From the sequence record SRR31156797_3966: a stretch of DNA of 64,000 nucleotides. One strand, 5' to 3'. The notes beneath the pieces were generated by a model, which was not told where the DNA came from, did not search any database, and saw nothing but the letters and a program-made list of their open reading frames with translations. The first letter of the stretch is position 1. Each line of letters starts with the position of its first letter. Made by a program: the position numbers and the translations under genes. Shown in pieces: positions 49,179 to 57,776 of this stretch.

Positions 49179-50084
49179 TTATGCTTTCAATACGAACTCT
49201 ATCCATCGATCAAACAAGTGTGGCCATTGCTCCGCTGGTTTGCCTATAACCCCTTGGGTTCCAAAACCGTGCCCACCTTCGTTAAACAGATGCATTTCAA
49301 CCGTGATGTTTTGGCTGCGAAGCGCTTGCCAAAGGAGCAGACTGTTTTCGACCGGCACGGATTTATCATCGTTAGCGTGAACAAGAAAACAGGCTGGCAT
49401 ATCAGGATGCACACACTTTTCAATAGAGTAGCGGTTAAGCTCTTGCTCAGTTATGTGGCAGCCAAGTAGCTCATAGGCCGAACCCTTGTGACCGAATTCA
49501 TCATTCATGGTGACGACAGGATACATTAACCCACAAAAGTCTGGTTTGGCGGATAGGGTATCGATATCGTCGAGGTGTGGTTGAAGTTGAGTATCAAATC
49601 GAGTGGCGAGCTGACCCGCTAAATGCCCACCTGCAGAGAAACCTAATATTCCAACTGTGTGAAGTTGCCATTGCTCAGCGTGCGCGCGAACCCAACGGAT
49701 GGCTCGTTGTGCATCCGCCAAAGACGTTTCTGACGCTAATGGGTGGCCTTCACCCGGCATACGATAAGTTGCAACAAAAATGGTGTAGCCCATTGCAGTT
49801 AAAGCGTCACCAACATCTCTCCCTTCATTATCAATAGAAATTCGTTGGTAACCACCGCCAGGAAAAACGACGATCCCGATACCATTTGGCTGCTCGGGCT
49901 TGTAGACCATGATTTCCGGATTGGACACGCCCGAGATCAAGCGATTCGATTTTACATCGTTAGAGTCACGGTATTGAAGTCGTGCCGGAGCGTTTCCAAC
50001 CGCAGGGGAGGCGGGCCACAAAGGATAGACATCGTTTGTTTCTTTGAGTTGAAGCAGTGATTCAAAATGACTTTTAGATTCCAT
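49179..50084 (-). CDS. paeX: Alpha/beta hydrolase, PaeX-like pectin acetylesterase; no signal peptide
   Basis: PGGGY, DAQRAIR, nucleophile GFSAGG, DD.SV, GGHGFG; pectin context. Confidence 0.75.
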   Translation of the reverse strand: MESKSHFESLLQLKETNDVYPLWPASPAVGNAPARLQYRDSNDVKSNRLISGVSNPEIMVYKPEQPNGIGIVVFPGGGYQRISIDNEGRDVGDALTAMGYTIFVATYRMPGEGHPLASETSLADAQRAIRWVRAHAEQWQLHTVGILGFSAGGHLAGQLATRFDTQLQPHLDDIDTLSAKPDFCGLMYPVVTMNDEFGHKGSAYELLGCHITEQELNRYSIEKCVHPDMPACFLVHANDDKSVPVENSLLLWQALRSQNITVEMHLFNEGGHGFGTQGVIGKPAEQWPHLFDRWIEFVLKA

Positions 50085-50139
50085 ACCAACCTCGTTAAAT
50101 CGATACTTAATAGCTTTGAAATTACTTGAATATCAAGAT

Positions 50140-50167
50140 AAAAAAAAGCCAGTCTAATCAGACTGGC
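50140..50167 (-). terminator. Terminator downstream of ygjV-kdgF
   Basis: GCCAGTCT-AATC-AGACTGGC with an A8 run (U-tract on -). Confidence 0.85.
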
Positions 50168-50237
50168 AAAGGAGATCCATTATTCCCAGTGTGTTGGGAT
50201 ATGAAATATAGTTATTATAAAAAATAGGACTTAGCGA

Positions 50238-50564
50238 TTACGCTTCTACAAAGTCTTTACGCATTGGTGTGAAGTTGTCCAGAAGAACACCTTTCTCTAG
50301 ACAAACACAGCCGTGCATTACGTTTGGTTCTTTGTAAAGTGCGTCACCCGCTTTTACGATTTTCTTTTCGTCACCGATAGTGAATTCAAACTCACCAGAT
50401 AGAACATAAGTTAGCTGCTCATGTGGGTGGTTGTGCATAGGGCCAATAGCCCCTTTTTCGAAGTAAACTTCAACGCTCATAATGTTTTCGCTGTATGCAA
50501 GGATTTTGCGAGAAACACCATTGCCTAAATCTTCTAATTTCACGTCTTTGTTGTATACGAACAT
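50238..50564 (-). CDS. kdgF: Cupin KdgF (ring opening of unsaturated uronates)
   Basis: 108 aa; DLG.GVSRKILA, H.HPHEQLTYV.SG.FEF, HG..CLE.G.LLD.FTP.R.DF. Confidence 0.92.
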   Translation of the reverse strand: MFVYNKDVKLEDLGNGVSRKILAYSENIMSVEVYFEKGAIGPMHNHPHEQLTYVLSGEFEFTIGDEKKIVKAGDALYKEPNVMHGCVCLEKGVLLDNFTPMRKDFVEA

Positions 50565-50577
50565 AACTTGCCCTTAC

Positions 50578-51102
50578 TTATATTGCTTCTGATGGAACTG
50601 GATTTTTCCGCTTATCACTGACCAATCTGTAGATGGTCAGTAAGTTAACGCCGATGAGCGTTGCTTCTAACATCGTTCCGCCAATTGATCCGACTATAAT
50701 ATTGTTAATTAACCAACAAATTGCGCCGGTTAAGAAAGCGATACGCATTGCAATGCCTTTCAGCATAAATACTGCGTATGTGCCAATAACTGTACCTAGG
50801 ATGGGCCACATGTCCCACCAGTGGTCTGCAACTCTTAAACCTAAGCCCAGGCCTAAGATGACAAATATAGCGGCGACATATTTGGAAGACGTATAAATAG
50901 ACGTCCCCGTTCTCGCTGCTGACAACGCCGCGCTTAATGCTGACGTCATAGAGCCGAGTAAAAAGAAGTGAATCAAGTGGTTCAAGTTAAAAACCAGCAT
51001 GATAATTTTCAATTTACGGTCATCTTTTTGGTAAAACGTTGAGATGCCTAAAGCAAAACTGACAAAACCTAGTGCTTGAGCAAAGGAAAATTCGAATTCC
51101 AT
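50578..51102 (-). CDS. ygjV: YgjV family inner membrane protein
   Basis: AQ.LGF...LGI.TF, HF.LLG, W..NNI..GSIGG...E; a known KdgR-regulon family. Confidence 0.85.
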   Translation of the reverse strand: MEFEFSFAQALGFVSFALGISTFYQKDDRKLKIIMLVFNLNHLIHFFLLGSMTSALSAALSAARTGTSIYTSSKYVAAIFVILGLGLGLRVADHWWDMWPILGTVIGTYAVFMLKGIAMRIAFLTGAICWLINNIIVGSIGGTMLEATLIGVNLLTIYRLVSDKRKNPVPSEAI

Positions 51103-51330
51103 TCAATGATCACACCCAAAAAATTAAAAACAAATGAGTCTTCAGCACATCGCTATACTCATACCTATGTCTTGATTGTCCTTCGTTTTTACTAGCGATT
51201 TACTGGTTGCAAACGAGTCATTCAGGTTATGTCACTTTTCTACTCTTACTTACCACTAGAGGCAGCCAACGATTAGCAAAGTGTGTTAATAAATCGTACA
51301 GTACATAAAATTTAATTCATTTGCAATTAT

Positions 51331-51351
51331 TTTTGAAACTGCTTTTCATTT
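51331..51351. promoter_or_regulatory. Putative KdgR box upstream of ygjV-kdgF
   Basis: TTTTGAAACTGCTTTTCATTT; 2 mismatches to core. Confidence 0.6.
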
Positions 51352-51559
51352 AAGTGATTTCTGACAATTTTCTCACTTTGTTTAAGCAAATTTAGGTGTA
51401 GAATAAAGCTCAGGTTTTAATGGTTTTTTAATTGTAAAAACAGATGGTTAGGTTATTTTGGTTTCTCAACAGCGTGTAGTATATTGCCAATATGCTATAA
51501 AACAGGTGTTTAAGGTCTTTGCATGTTGAGCAGCATATCCATTACTATAGATAAAATGT

Positions 51560-51580
51560 AAATGAAACGGTGTTTTAGTA
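51560..51580. promoter_or_regulatory. KdgR box 88 bp upstream of the cNMP-CBS-DUF294 gene
   Basis: AAATGAAACGGTGTTTTAGTA; full core match plus AAA flank. Confidence 0.72.
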
Positions 51581-51668
51581 TTGGTTTGTGCGAGTGGGTA
51601 ATGACAAGCATAGGCTTAAATAGGCACGGTTTGTGGTGTTCATCTTTCTCAATGACAAAAGGTAAATA

Positions 51669-53534
51669 ATGGGTACTTCACTTTCTCCGAATATTGAAAG
51701 CTTTTTAGTTAAGATTGATCCGTTTGATCGCTTGCCAACCTCTGTTGTTGAGAAGATTGCCAGATCTATCAAGATCAAGTATCTGGTTGAAGGTGAGGTG
51801 ATCGGCTTTAGTGCGTTATGCGAACAGCGTTATCTATACATTATTCGAACCGGTGCGATTGAGCAGAGAACGCCATTGGGAGAACTGCGCGCCCGTTTAG
51901 GTGAAGAAGACCAGTTTGGTTTTACTTTTTTACAACCATTAGCGCACTCTGAAGACGGTTATCAAGCCGAAGCAATTGAAGATTCATTGTTGTATTTAAT
52001 CCCTCACAGTGAACTTGCAGAAGTGTGCGAAAGTCACCCGGAATTTGAAGATTACTTTGCGGCGAAAGCGAATATCCGCTTGAGTTCCGCGGTGAAGCAA
52101 GTTTTCCGCAAAGAAGATAAGGGTTTGTTTTTCCGTACGGTGGGGGAAATTGCCAGCGAAAATATCGCCATTGTGGATGTGAATGATTCTATTAAAGACG
52201 TGGCACGAGAAATGTGTGGTCGTCAGCGTAGCTCTTGTGCGGTTGTGATGCATAATAACGAAATCGCAGGCTTGGTTACTGACCGAGACATGACTCGCTC
52301 CGTAGTGGCAACCAGTATTGATACCGAAATGCCTATCTCTATGGTGATGACGCAAAATCCGGTGTTGGTGGAAAGCAGTTCAAAAGTGATTGAAGCGATC
52401 TCATTAATGCTGCAATACAACATTCGTTGTTTGCCTGTGGTTAATGATAGAAAAGTGACTGCACTTTTAACCACCAGTCATTTAGTGCATAACCACAGAA
52501 CTCAATCTCTGTTTCTGATTCAAAAAATCAAATATACCAGCTCCATTACTGCCTTAGCGGCATTAAAAGAAGAGCGCGAGACCATCTTCCAGGCCTTGGT
52601 AGAAAGTGGTGTCAGTGCGGAGATCCAGGGTCGGGTTATGTCGACTATTATGGACGCATTTACACGTCGGATTATCCAACTCAGCGAAGATTTACTTGGC
52701 CCTGCGCCGTGTGATTACGCATGGATTGTTGCGGGGTCACATGCGCGTAATGAAGTTCATATGCTCTCAGACCAAGACAGTGCGTTAGTACTGGCTGATG
52801 ATGTGACCGATGATCAAAAAGCGTACTTTACCCATTTAGCCATGAAAGTGTGTAATGGCTTAGCAGCCTGTGGTTACCCACTGTGTGATGGCAAATATAT
52901 GGCGGCTTCGCCTAAGTGGTGTCAGCCGGTGTCGGTGTGGAAAGATTACTACAGTAAATGGGTAGCAAGCCCGGAATACAATAAGCTATTGAGCATCAGT
53001 GTGTTCCTAGAAGTCCGTTCGATTTACGGCAACCGTGATTATGTAGAACAAATTCAGCAACACCTTCATGACTGTATTCAAAACAGTGGCAAGTTTATTC
53101 CAGCTTTGGTGCGTGATGCGATTGATACCCAACCACCACTAAGCATATTCAACAGCTTGGTACTCGAAAAAGGCGGTGAGAACAGTAACACGCTCAATAT
53201 TAAGAAGTACGCGCTGAATTTGATTATCGATTTAGCGCGCATATTCAGTCTGTCCGCTGGTGGTTCTTTAACCGGTACAGAAGAGCGTTTCCGTTACGCA
53301 GCGGAAAATGGCACTCTTTCGCAAGACAGCTGTGAAAATATCATTGGCGCATATCGATTCTTAACTCAGGTGCGATTCCGCCACCAATTGAATGCCATAT
53401 TGGCAGGCAAAGTGCCTAATAATCATATTTCACCGGATGAGTTCAGCAGCTTTGAACGCAAGCATTTAAAGGATGCGTTTAAAATCATTAGCGAACTGCA
53501 AGACGTCGCTAAACTCAAGTTTATTAAGGGATAA
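51669..53534 (+). CDS. cNMP-binding/CBS/DUF294 nucleotidyltransferase-like protein
   Basis: N-terminal cNMP domain (LYIIRTGAIE, LGEEDQFG), CBS pair (GLVTDRD), GSHARNE...SDQD, GYPLC.G.YMA. Confidence 0.9.
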   Translation: MGTSLSPNIESFLVKIDPFDRLPTSVVEKIARSIKIKYLVEGEVIGFSALCEQRYLYIIRTGAIEQRTPLGELRARLGEEDQFGFTFLQPLAHSEDGYQAEAIEDSLLYLIPHSELAEVCESHPEFEDYFAAKANIRLSSAVKQVFRKEDKGLFFRTVGEIASENIAIVDVNDSIKDVAREMCGRQRSSCAVVMHNNEIAGLVTDRDMTRSVVATSIDTEMPISMVMTQNPVLVESSSKVIEAISLMLQYNIRCLPVVNDRKVTALLTTSHLVHNHRTQSLFLIQKIKYTSSITALAALKEERETIFQALVESGVSAEIQGRVMSTIMDAFTRRIIQLSEDLLGPAPCDYAWIVAGSHARNEVHMLSDQDSALVLADDVTDDQKAYFTHLAMKVCNGLAACGYPLCDGKYMAASPKWCQPVSVWKDYYSKWVASPEYNKLLSISVFLEVRSIYGNRDYVEQIQQHLHDCIQNSGKFIPALVRDAIDTQPPLSIFNSLVLEKGGENSNTLNIKKYALNLIIDLARIFSLSAGGSLTGTEERFRYAAENGTLSQDSCENIIGAYRFLTQVRFRHQLNAILAGKVPNNHISPDEFSSFERKHLKDAFKIISELQDVAKLKFIKG

Positions 53535-53539
53535 TACTG

Positions 53540-54256
53540 ATGATTCGTCGGATACTCAAAGGGAAGGAGTCACCATCAACGCTTGAAGACAAGTTAAGAA
53601 ATGTGGTGATTGACGAATCTTGGCCTCAAGTACTGCAAAATTGCCTCAATCGTTCAATGGCTGAAATGGATTTGCCTCTAACGGAGCTTGAGTTTTTAGC
53701 CATTGATTTTGAAACCAGTGGTCTAAATGCCGAAAAAGATCAGATCCTATCGATTGGAATGGTTGAGTTTAATCTAGAACAAGTGGATCTCTCCAGCGCT
53801 GAAGAAATATTGATTGATAACGGAGAGTTCGTTAAAGCTTCTACGGCTGAAATTAACGGCTTGACGCCCAAAGCTTTGGCGCAGGGTGTGTCTCTAGAGC
53901 AAGGTATCGAACGTTTGCTTGAGAAAGCTCAAGGCAAAGTGATACTGGCGCACAGTTGTAGAATCGAAAAATGCTTTTTAGAAACTTTCTTTGCAAAGTC
54001 GTACCAGCTTGACGTCTTTCCATTCTACTTCGTCGATTCCATTTTTATTGAAAAGCGATTCAGTTATGCAGGGAAAACGGGTACACACACCAGTTATCAG
54101 CTTAACGACATGCGCCGCCACTATAAATTGCCAGACTATATTGAACATTCTGCGGCAAGTGATGCATTAGCCTGTGCCGAGTTGTTCATCGTCCAAACCA
54201 AGAAGTTGAAGTTGAATGATATAAAGGGAATGTGCCTTAAAAAGGTGCTCTCCTAA
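53540..54256 (+). CDS. DEDDh 3'-5' exonuclease (DnaQ-like), partner of the DUF294 protein
   Basis: AIDFETSGL, ILSIG, AH...E, H.A.SDALACAELF. Confidence 0.88.
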   Translation: MIRRILKGKESPSTLEDKLRNVVIDESWPQVLQNCLNRSMAEMDLPLTELEFLAIDFETSGLNAEKDQILSIGMVEFNLEQVDLSSAEEILIDNGEFVKASTAEINGLTPKALAQGVSLEQGIERLLEKAQGKVILAHSCRIEKCFLETFFAKSYQLDVFPFYFVDSIFIEKRFSYAGKTGTHTSYQLNDMRRHYKLPDYIEHSAASDALACAELFIVQTKKLKLNDIKGMCLKKVLS

Positions 54257-54326
54257 AAATCGGCATACTCAAAGAAAGCGCTATCTCTCGACTTGGTTTA
54301 GATATCGAGAGATAACGGGATTGTTC

Positions 54327-55160
54327 CTATTTAACTTTGAACTCAAAGACTTTTTCAGAGCAAACATCAATACAGCGGCCGCAGCTGATGCAGTCTTGAT
54401 CCAGGATTCGTTTATCGCCCTGCTTGAGTGGCTCTCTTAGCACTTGAGGTTCCGGGCAAACGTTAAAGCAATCCATACACTTGGTGCATGCAGCGCGTTT
54501 GGTCGCGGTTACTCTGATCACACTCTTACGACCAATAACGCCGTAGGTTGCGCCTAATGGGCACAGATGACCGCACCAACCATGTTCTACCAGCAATAAA
54601 TCCAGCAGGAAAACCAATAAGATCAGTACCCAACCTGCGCCAAAACCAAATATCAATCCACGATGCAGAGCCGAAACAGGGTCAATCCATAGCCAAAGAA
54701 CGCTACCAGAAAGGGCGCTACCAATAAGTAGTACTGGGATCAGCCAGTAACGCAGTTGCTTTGACCAAGTGTAACTGGCCTTCAAATTGAGTTTCCTGCG
54801 TATCCAAGCTGCGGTGTCGGTCACGATGTTCAGTGGACAAACCCAGGCACAGAAAGCTCTTGGGGCGATCACTGCGTAGATTGCGACAACAATTAAAGCG
54901 CCTAATATGGCGGTAAACTCTGGGATATGTCCTGCTGCTAAGGTTTGTAACAACAGTAACGGGTCAGTAAATGGAATCACGTCAAATAAGGTACTCGACG
55001 ATAAGTTACCTTTAAACACTCCAATGGTTGGCCCTGCCATAAACAGCACAATAATGGCGACCTGCGTGAACCGACGTAACAGCAGAAATCGATGGGCTTT
55101 CCACCATCCCAAAGATTGCACCGCAGCTTTGCCTGCATCTTTTGCTAAGTTCTTAGCCAT
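54327..55160 (-). CDS. napH: Quinol dehydrogenase membrane subunit NapH
   Basis: LRRFTQ, GNLSSS, RAFCAWVCP, HGWCGHLCP, two 4Fe-4S motifs. Confidence 0.95.
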   Translation of the reverse strand: MAKNLAKDAGKAAVQSLGWWKAHRFLLLRRFTQVAIIVLFMAGPTIGVFKGNLSSSTLFDVIPFTDPLLLLQTLAAGHIPEFTAILGALIVVAIYAVIAPRAFCAWVCPLNIVTDTAAWIRRKLNLKASYTWSKQLRYWLIPVLLIGSALSGSVLWLWIDPVSALHRGLIFGFGAGWVLILLVFLLDLLLVEHGWCGHLCPLGATYGVIGRKSVIRVTATKRAACTKCMDCFNVCPEPQVLREPLKQGDKRILDQDCISCGRCIDVCSEKVFEFKVK

Positions 55161-55169
55161 GAGCTGCTC

Positions 55170-55931
55170 CTACAATTTATCGCCATTAAAGGGTTTGAGT
55201 GGAACACCTCCGTGTTCAGCTGTATCGGTGCGAACCTCTGAGTGTTCTTCCCAACCTAATCGGTAATGTTTACCGAGTTGTCCTTGAGCAAGAGCTATCG
55301 GAACAACTTTGATCGCAGCCGCATCCAACACGCATGCCTGCTCACATTTACCACATCCAGTGCAGTAGTCGGCATGGACGGTAGGAATGAATTTGGCGTG
55401 AAAACCCGTTCGTTCATTACGTATTGTTTCAAGCGTGATAGCTTTATCGATGATAGGACATATTCGATAACAGACATCGCAACGGAGCCCTTGAAAGTTG
55501 AGACAGTTTTTCTGATCAATCAGAACTGCCGTGCCCATGCGGGAATCGTCGATATTGGTAAGCTTTGGATCTAATGCGCCACTTGGGCAGGCGGTAACAC
55601 AAGGGATGTCCTCACACATCTCGCACGGTATTTGCCTCGCGGTAAAATAAGGTGTGCCTGTCGCAACCGGGGAAAGCAGAGTGGCAAGTTTTAGTGTGTC
55701 GTAAGGGCAGGCTTGGACGCATAATCCGCATCGTATACATGCTTTGTCAAAGTCGTTATCGGGTAAAGCTCCGGGTGGTCTGATTGGAACACCAGAATAT
55801 TCTTTTGCCTGGCTTTGCAGTGACTGTAACCCTAGCAAAGTCGCGGCAGCCCCGACACCGACAGCGGTTCTCGAGGCATCACGAAGAAAGCGGCGGCGAC
55901 TTTCAGAAGTTTTGTTACGAGGAGTTTTCAT
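55170..55931 (-). CDS. napG: Ferredoxin-type protein NapG
   Basis: Tat signal [24 protein letters not shown], four Fe-S motifs. Confidence 0.95.
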   Translation of the reverse strand: MKTPRNKTSESRRRFLRDASRTAVGVGAAATLLGLQSLQSQAKEYSGVPIRPPGALPDNDFDKACIRCGLCVQACPYDTLKLATLLSPVATGTPYFTARQIPCEMCEDIPCVTACPSGALDPKLTNIDDSRMGTAVLIDQKNCLNFQGLRCDVCYRICPIIDKAITLETIRNERTGFHAKFIPTVHADYCTGCGKCEQACVLDAAAIKVVPIALAQGQLGKHYRLGWEEHSEVRTDTAEHGGVPLKPFNGDKL

Positions 55932-56000
55932 ACGCCAACCTTGGTTAAAAACGCTACTAAAATTATAACCGTATTATCCGTAGGTGTATGGGATAGTCGC

Positions 56001-56016
56001 TACCACTAAAGAGGTG
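56001..56016. promoter_or_regulatory. Putative NarP 7-2-7 site upstream of napG
   Basis: TACCACT-AA-AGAGGTG versus TACYYMT-nn-AKRRGTA. Confidence 0.55.
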
Positions 56017-56029
56017 TATCAAGCGTGAG

Positions 56030-56043
56030 TTGATGTAAGTCAA
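56030..56043. promoter_or_regulatory. Putative FNR site upstream of napG
   Basis: TTGAT-GTAA-GTCAA. Confidence 0.65.
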
Positions 56044-56059
56044 ACCACAAGCTAAAACA

Positions 56060-56082
56060 AAGGCCAGCATAATGCTGGCCTT
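56060..56082 (-). terminator. dcuC terminator
   Basis: AAGGCCAGCA-TAA-TGCTGGCCTT with an A-rich flank. Confidence 0.75.
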
Positions 56083-56113
56083 AAGTCTGTTGGAACTGAA
56101 AGTTGTGTTGGCA

Positions 56114-57493
56114 TTAAGCCATCATTGGAACCAAAATAGTGGTACCGATGATAACGGTAATCAGGCCGGTCATTACTGGTAAGAAAGTTCGTTTTACCAC
56201 TTCAAATGGGCTTAAATGTGCCATACCTGAGGTTGCAACGATAACACCAGATACTGGCGAGATAGTACGGCCTAGGTTCGAAGCTTGAAGCATTGGAATA
56301 ATCAAGAATGCCGGGTTTAGGCCCATTTTTGCTGCCAGTGAAGGTGCAAGTTCAACGAACGCATAGAAAGGTGCATTACCTGAACCGGTCGCAATCGCAG
56401 CGGCAACAGTCAATGCAGTTAGAATTAGCATCAGTGCCATTCCGCCAGCACCTGCGGTTTCAGCAAGGTGCAATAGATTATCGATAGCGCCAATAGACAT
56501 TAAGCCTTGCGCAAACACACCAGCAGAGACTAATAGCATTACCACGCCTTTAAACGCATCAGCCATACCGTCGTAGCACACTTCTAAATCTTCAAGCGAC
56601 TCTTTACCTTTAAAGCCACTGGTCACGTAGTGGACGATTGCGCCCGCAAAAATTGAAGCGACCACAATGGTGTAAATGTCCAAGTAAAGACCTTCAATGG
56701 TTTTGCCATTAAACAGGAATACGCCAACGATAGGTAAGAACGGAAGTACAGCATAATAAGCCGGTGCTTTCACTTCGATTTCAGACACATCAATACGTTC
56801 CATTGGCGTACTGTCTTTTTTGTCTAAGTACTTGTTCCAGAAGAACGCGGTAATAGCCATAACGATAATTGCGCAGATCGAGACTGGAAGAACAGTTTGA
56901 ACCGCAAACACGTCTAAACTTAAGCCCGACTTTTCAGCCGCGATAACCACATCACCAGAGGTCGGTGAAAGAATGATAGCCGCTGGAGAAGCACAAACGG
57001 CTGCAGCAGCCGGACGGGAGATACCCATCGCAGTCATCATAGGGAATAGTGTCGCCATTAAAAGCACGCCTAGACCTGTTGCTGAACTGACCGCAAGTGA
57101 CATTAGACACGCAACAATATAAGCCGCGACAAGAAGAACATAGGGAGACTTAATGAACGATAGCGGTTTAGAAAATTGTTTAACCACGACATTGTTGGCA
57201 CCGATATGCGTCATATAAGAGGCAAAACCACAAAGTAACATGATTTGCATACCCAAACCGCCGCCGCGGTTTTGCAACATGTACTTCACGTACTCAAGGG
57301 AGTCTGTCAATAGGTTGCCAGTAGATTGAATACTTTCAGGCAGGACGGTATGGCCAATAATGCCCGTGAGAATTAAAAGAGTAATACCGCCAGTTAGCAG
57401 TACACCAGCAGGTTTGTAGCCTTTAACGATTAGGTAACCAACCGCTACGGTAACAATTAAACCGATAAATAGTTCCAGCATAATGGTCTCCAC
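56114..57493 (-). CDS. dcuC: Anaerobic C4-dicarboxylate transporter DcuC family
   Basis: RGGGLGMQIM.LCGFA.YM.HIGAN, SSATGLGVLLMATLFP, TGSGNAPFYAF, GRT.SPVSGV; start may be ATG 57481. Confidence 0.92.
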   Translation of the reverse strand: METIMLELFIGLIVTVAVGYLIVKGYKPAGVLLTGGITLLILTGIIGHTVLPESIQSTGNLLTDSLEYVKYMLQNRGGGLGMQIMLLCGFASYMTHIGANNVVVKQFSKPLSFIKSPYVLLVAAYIVACLMSLAVSSATGLGVLLMATLFPMMTAMGISRPAAAAVCASPAAIILSPTSGDVVIAAEKSGLSLDVFAVQTVLPVSICAIIVMAITAFFWNKYLDKKDSTPMERIDVSEIEVKAPAYYAVLPFLPIVGVFLFNGKTIEGLYLDIYTIVVASIFAGAIVHYVTSGFKGKESLEDLEVCYDGMADAFKGVVMLLVSAGVFAQGLMSIGAIDNLLHLAETAGAGGMALMLILTALTVAAAIATGSGNAPFYAFVELAPSLAAKMGLNPAFLIIPMLQASNLGRTISPVSGVIVATSGMAHLSPFEVVKRTFLPVMTGLITVIIGTTILVPMMA

Positions 57494-57776
57494 ATTGATG
57501 AGAACAAGCGTATTTAAATAAATATTGCAAGATGTAACAGGAATTTACTGGAAACTGATTTGTAGCACGAGTTCAACATGCACTTTGCATGATCTAAAAC
57601 AACAAAAATACAACTATCGCCCTTAGGGTATTGTTCTTTTGTTTAACTATATGTCCACACAATGGTTTGATATTAATTCATTAGTTAATATTATCGTTTG
57701 ATAAAAATTTTCTAATGAGGGTAGGGGGAAAGAAAAAGTGGCGCAATGTGCACCACTTTGTTATTAAAAATGTGAA

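Noticed and set aside
57589-57680. FNR/NarP-like sites upstream of dcuC
   Set aside because: Biologically plausible, but each has several mismatches in AT-rich sequence; not called.
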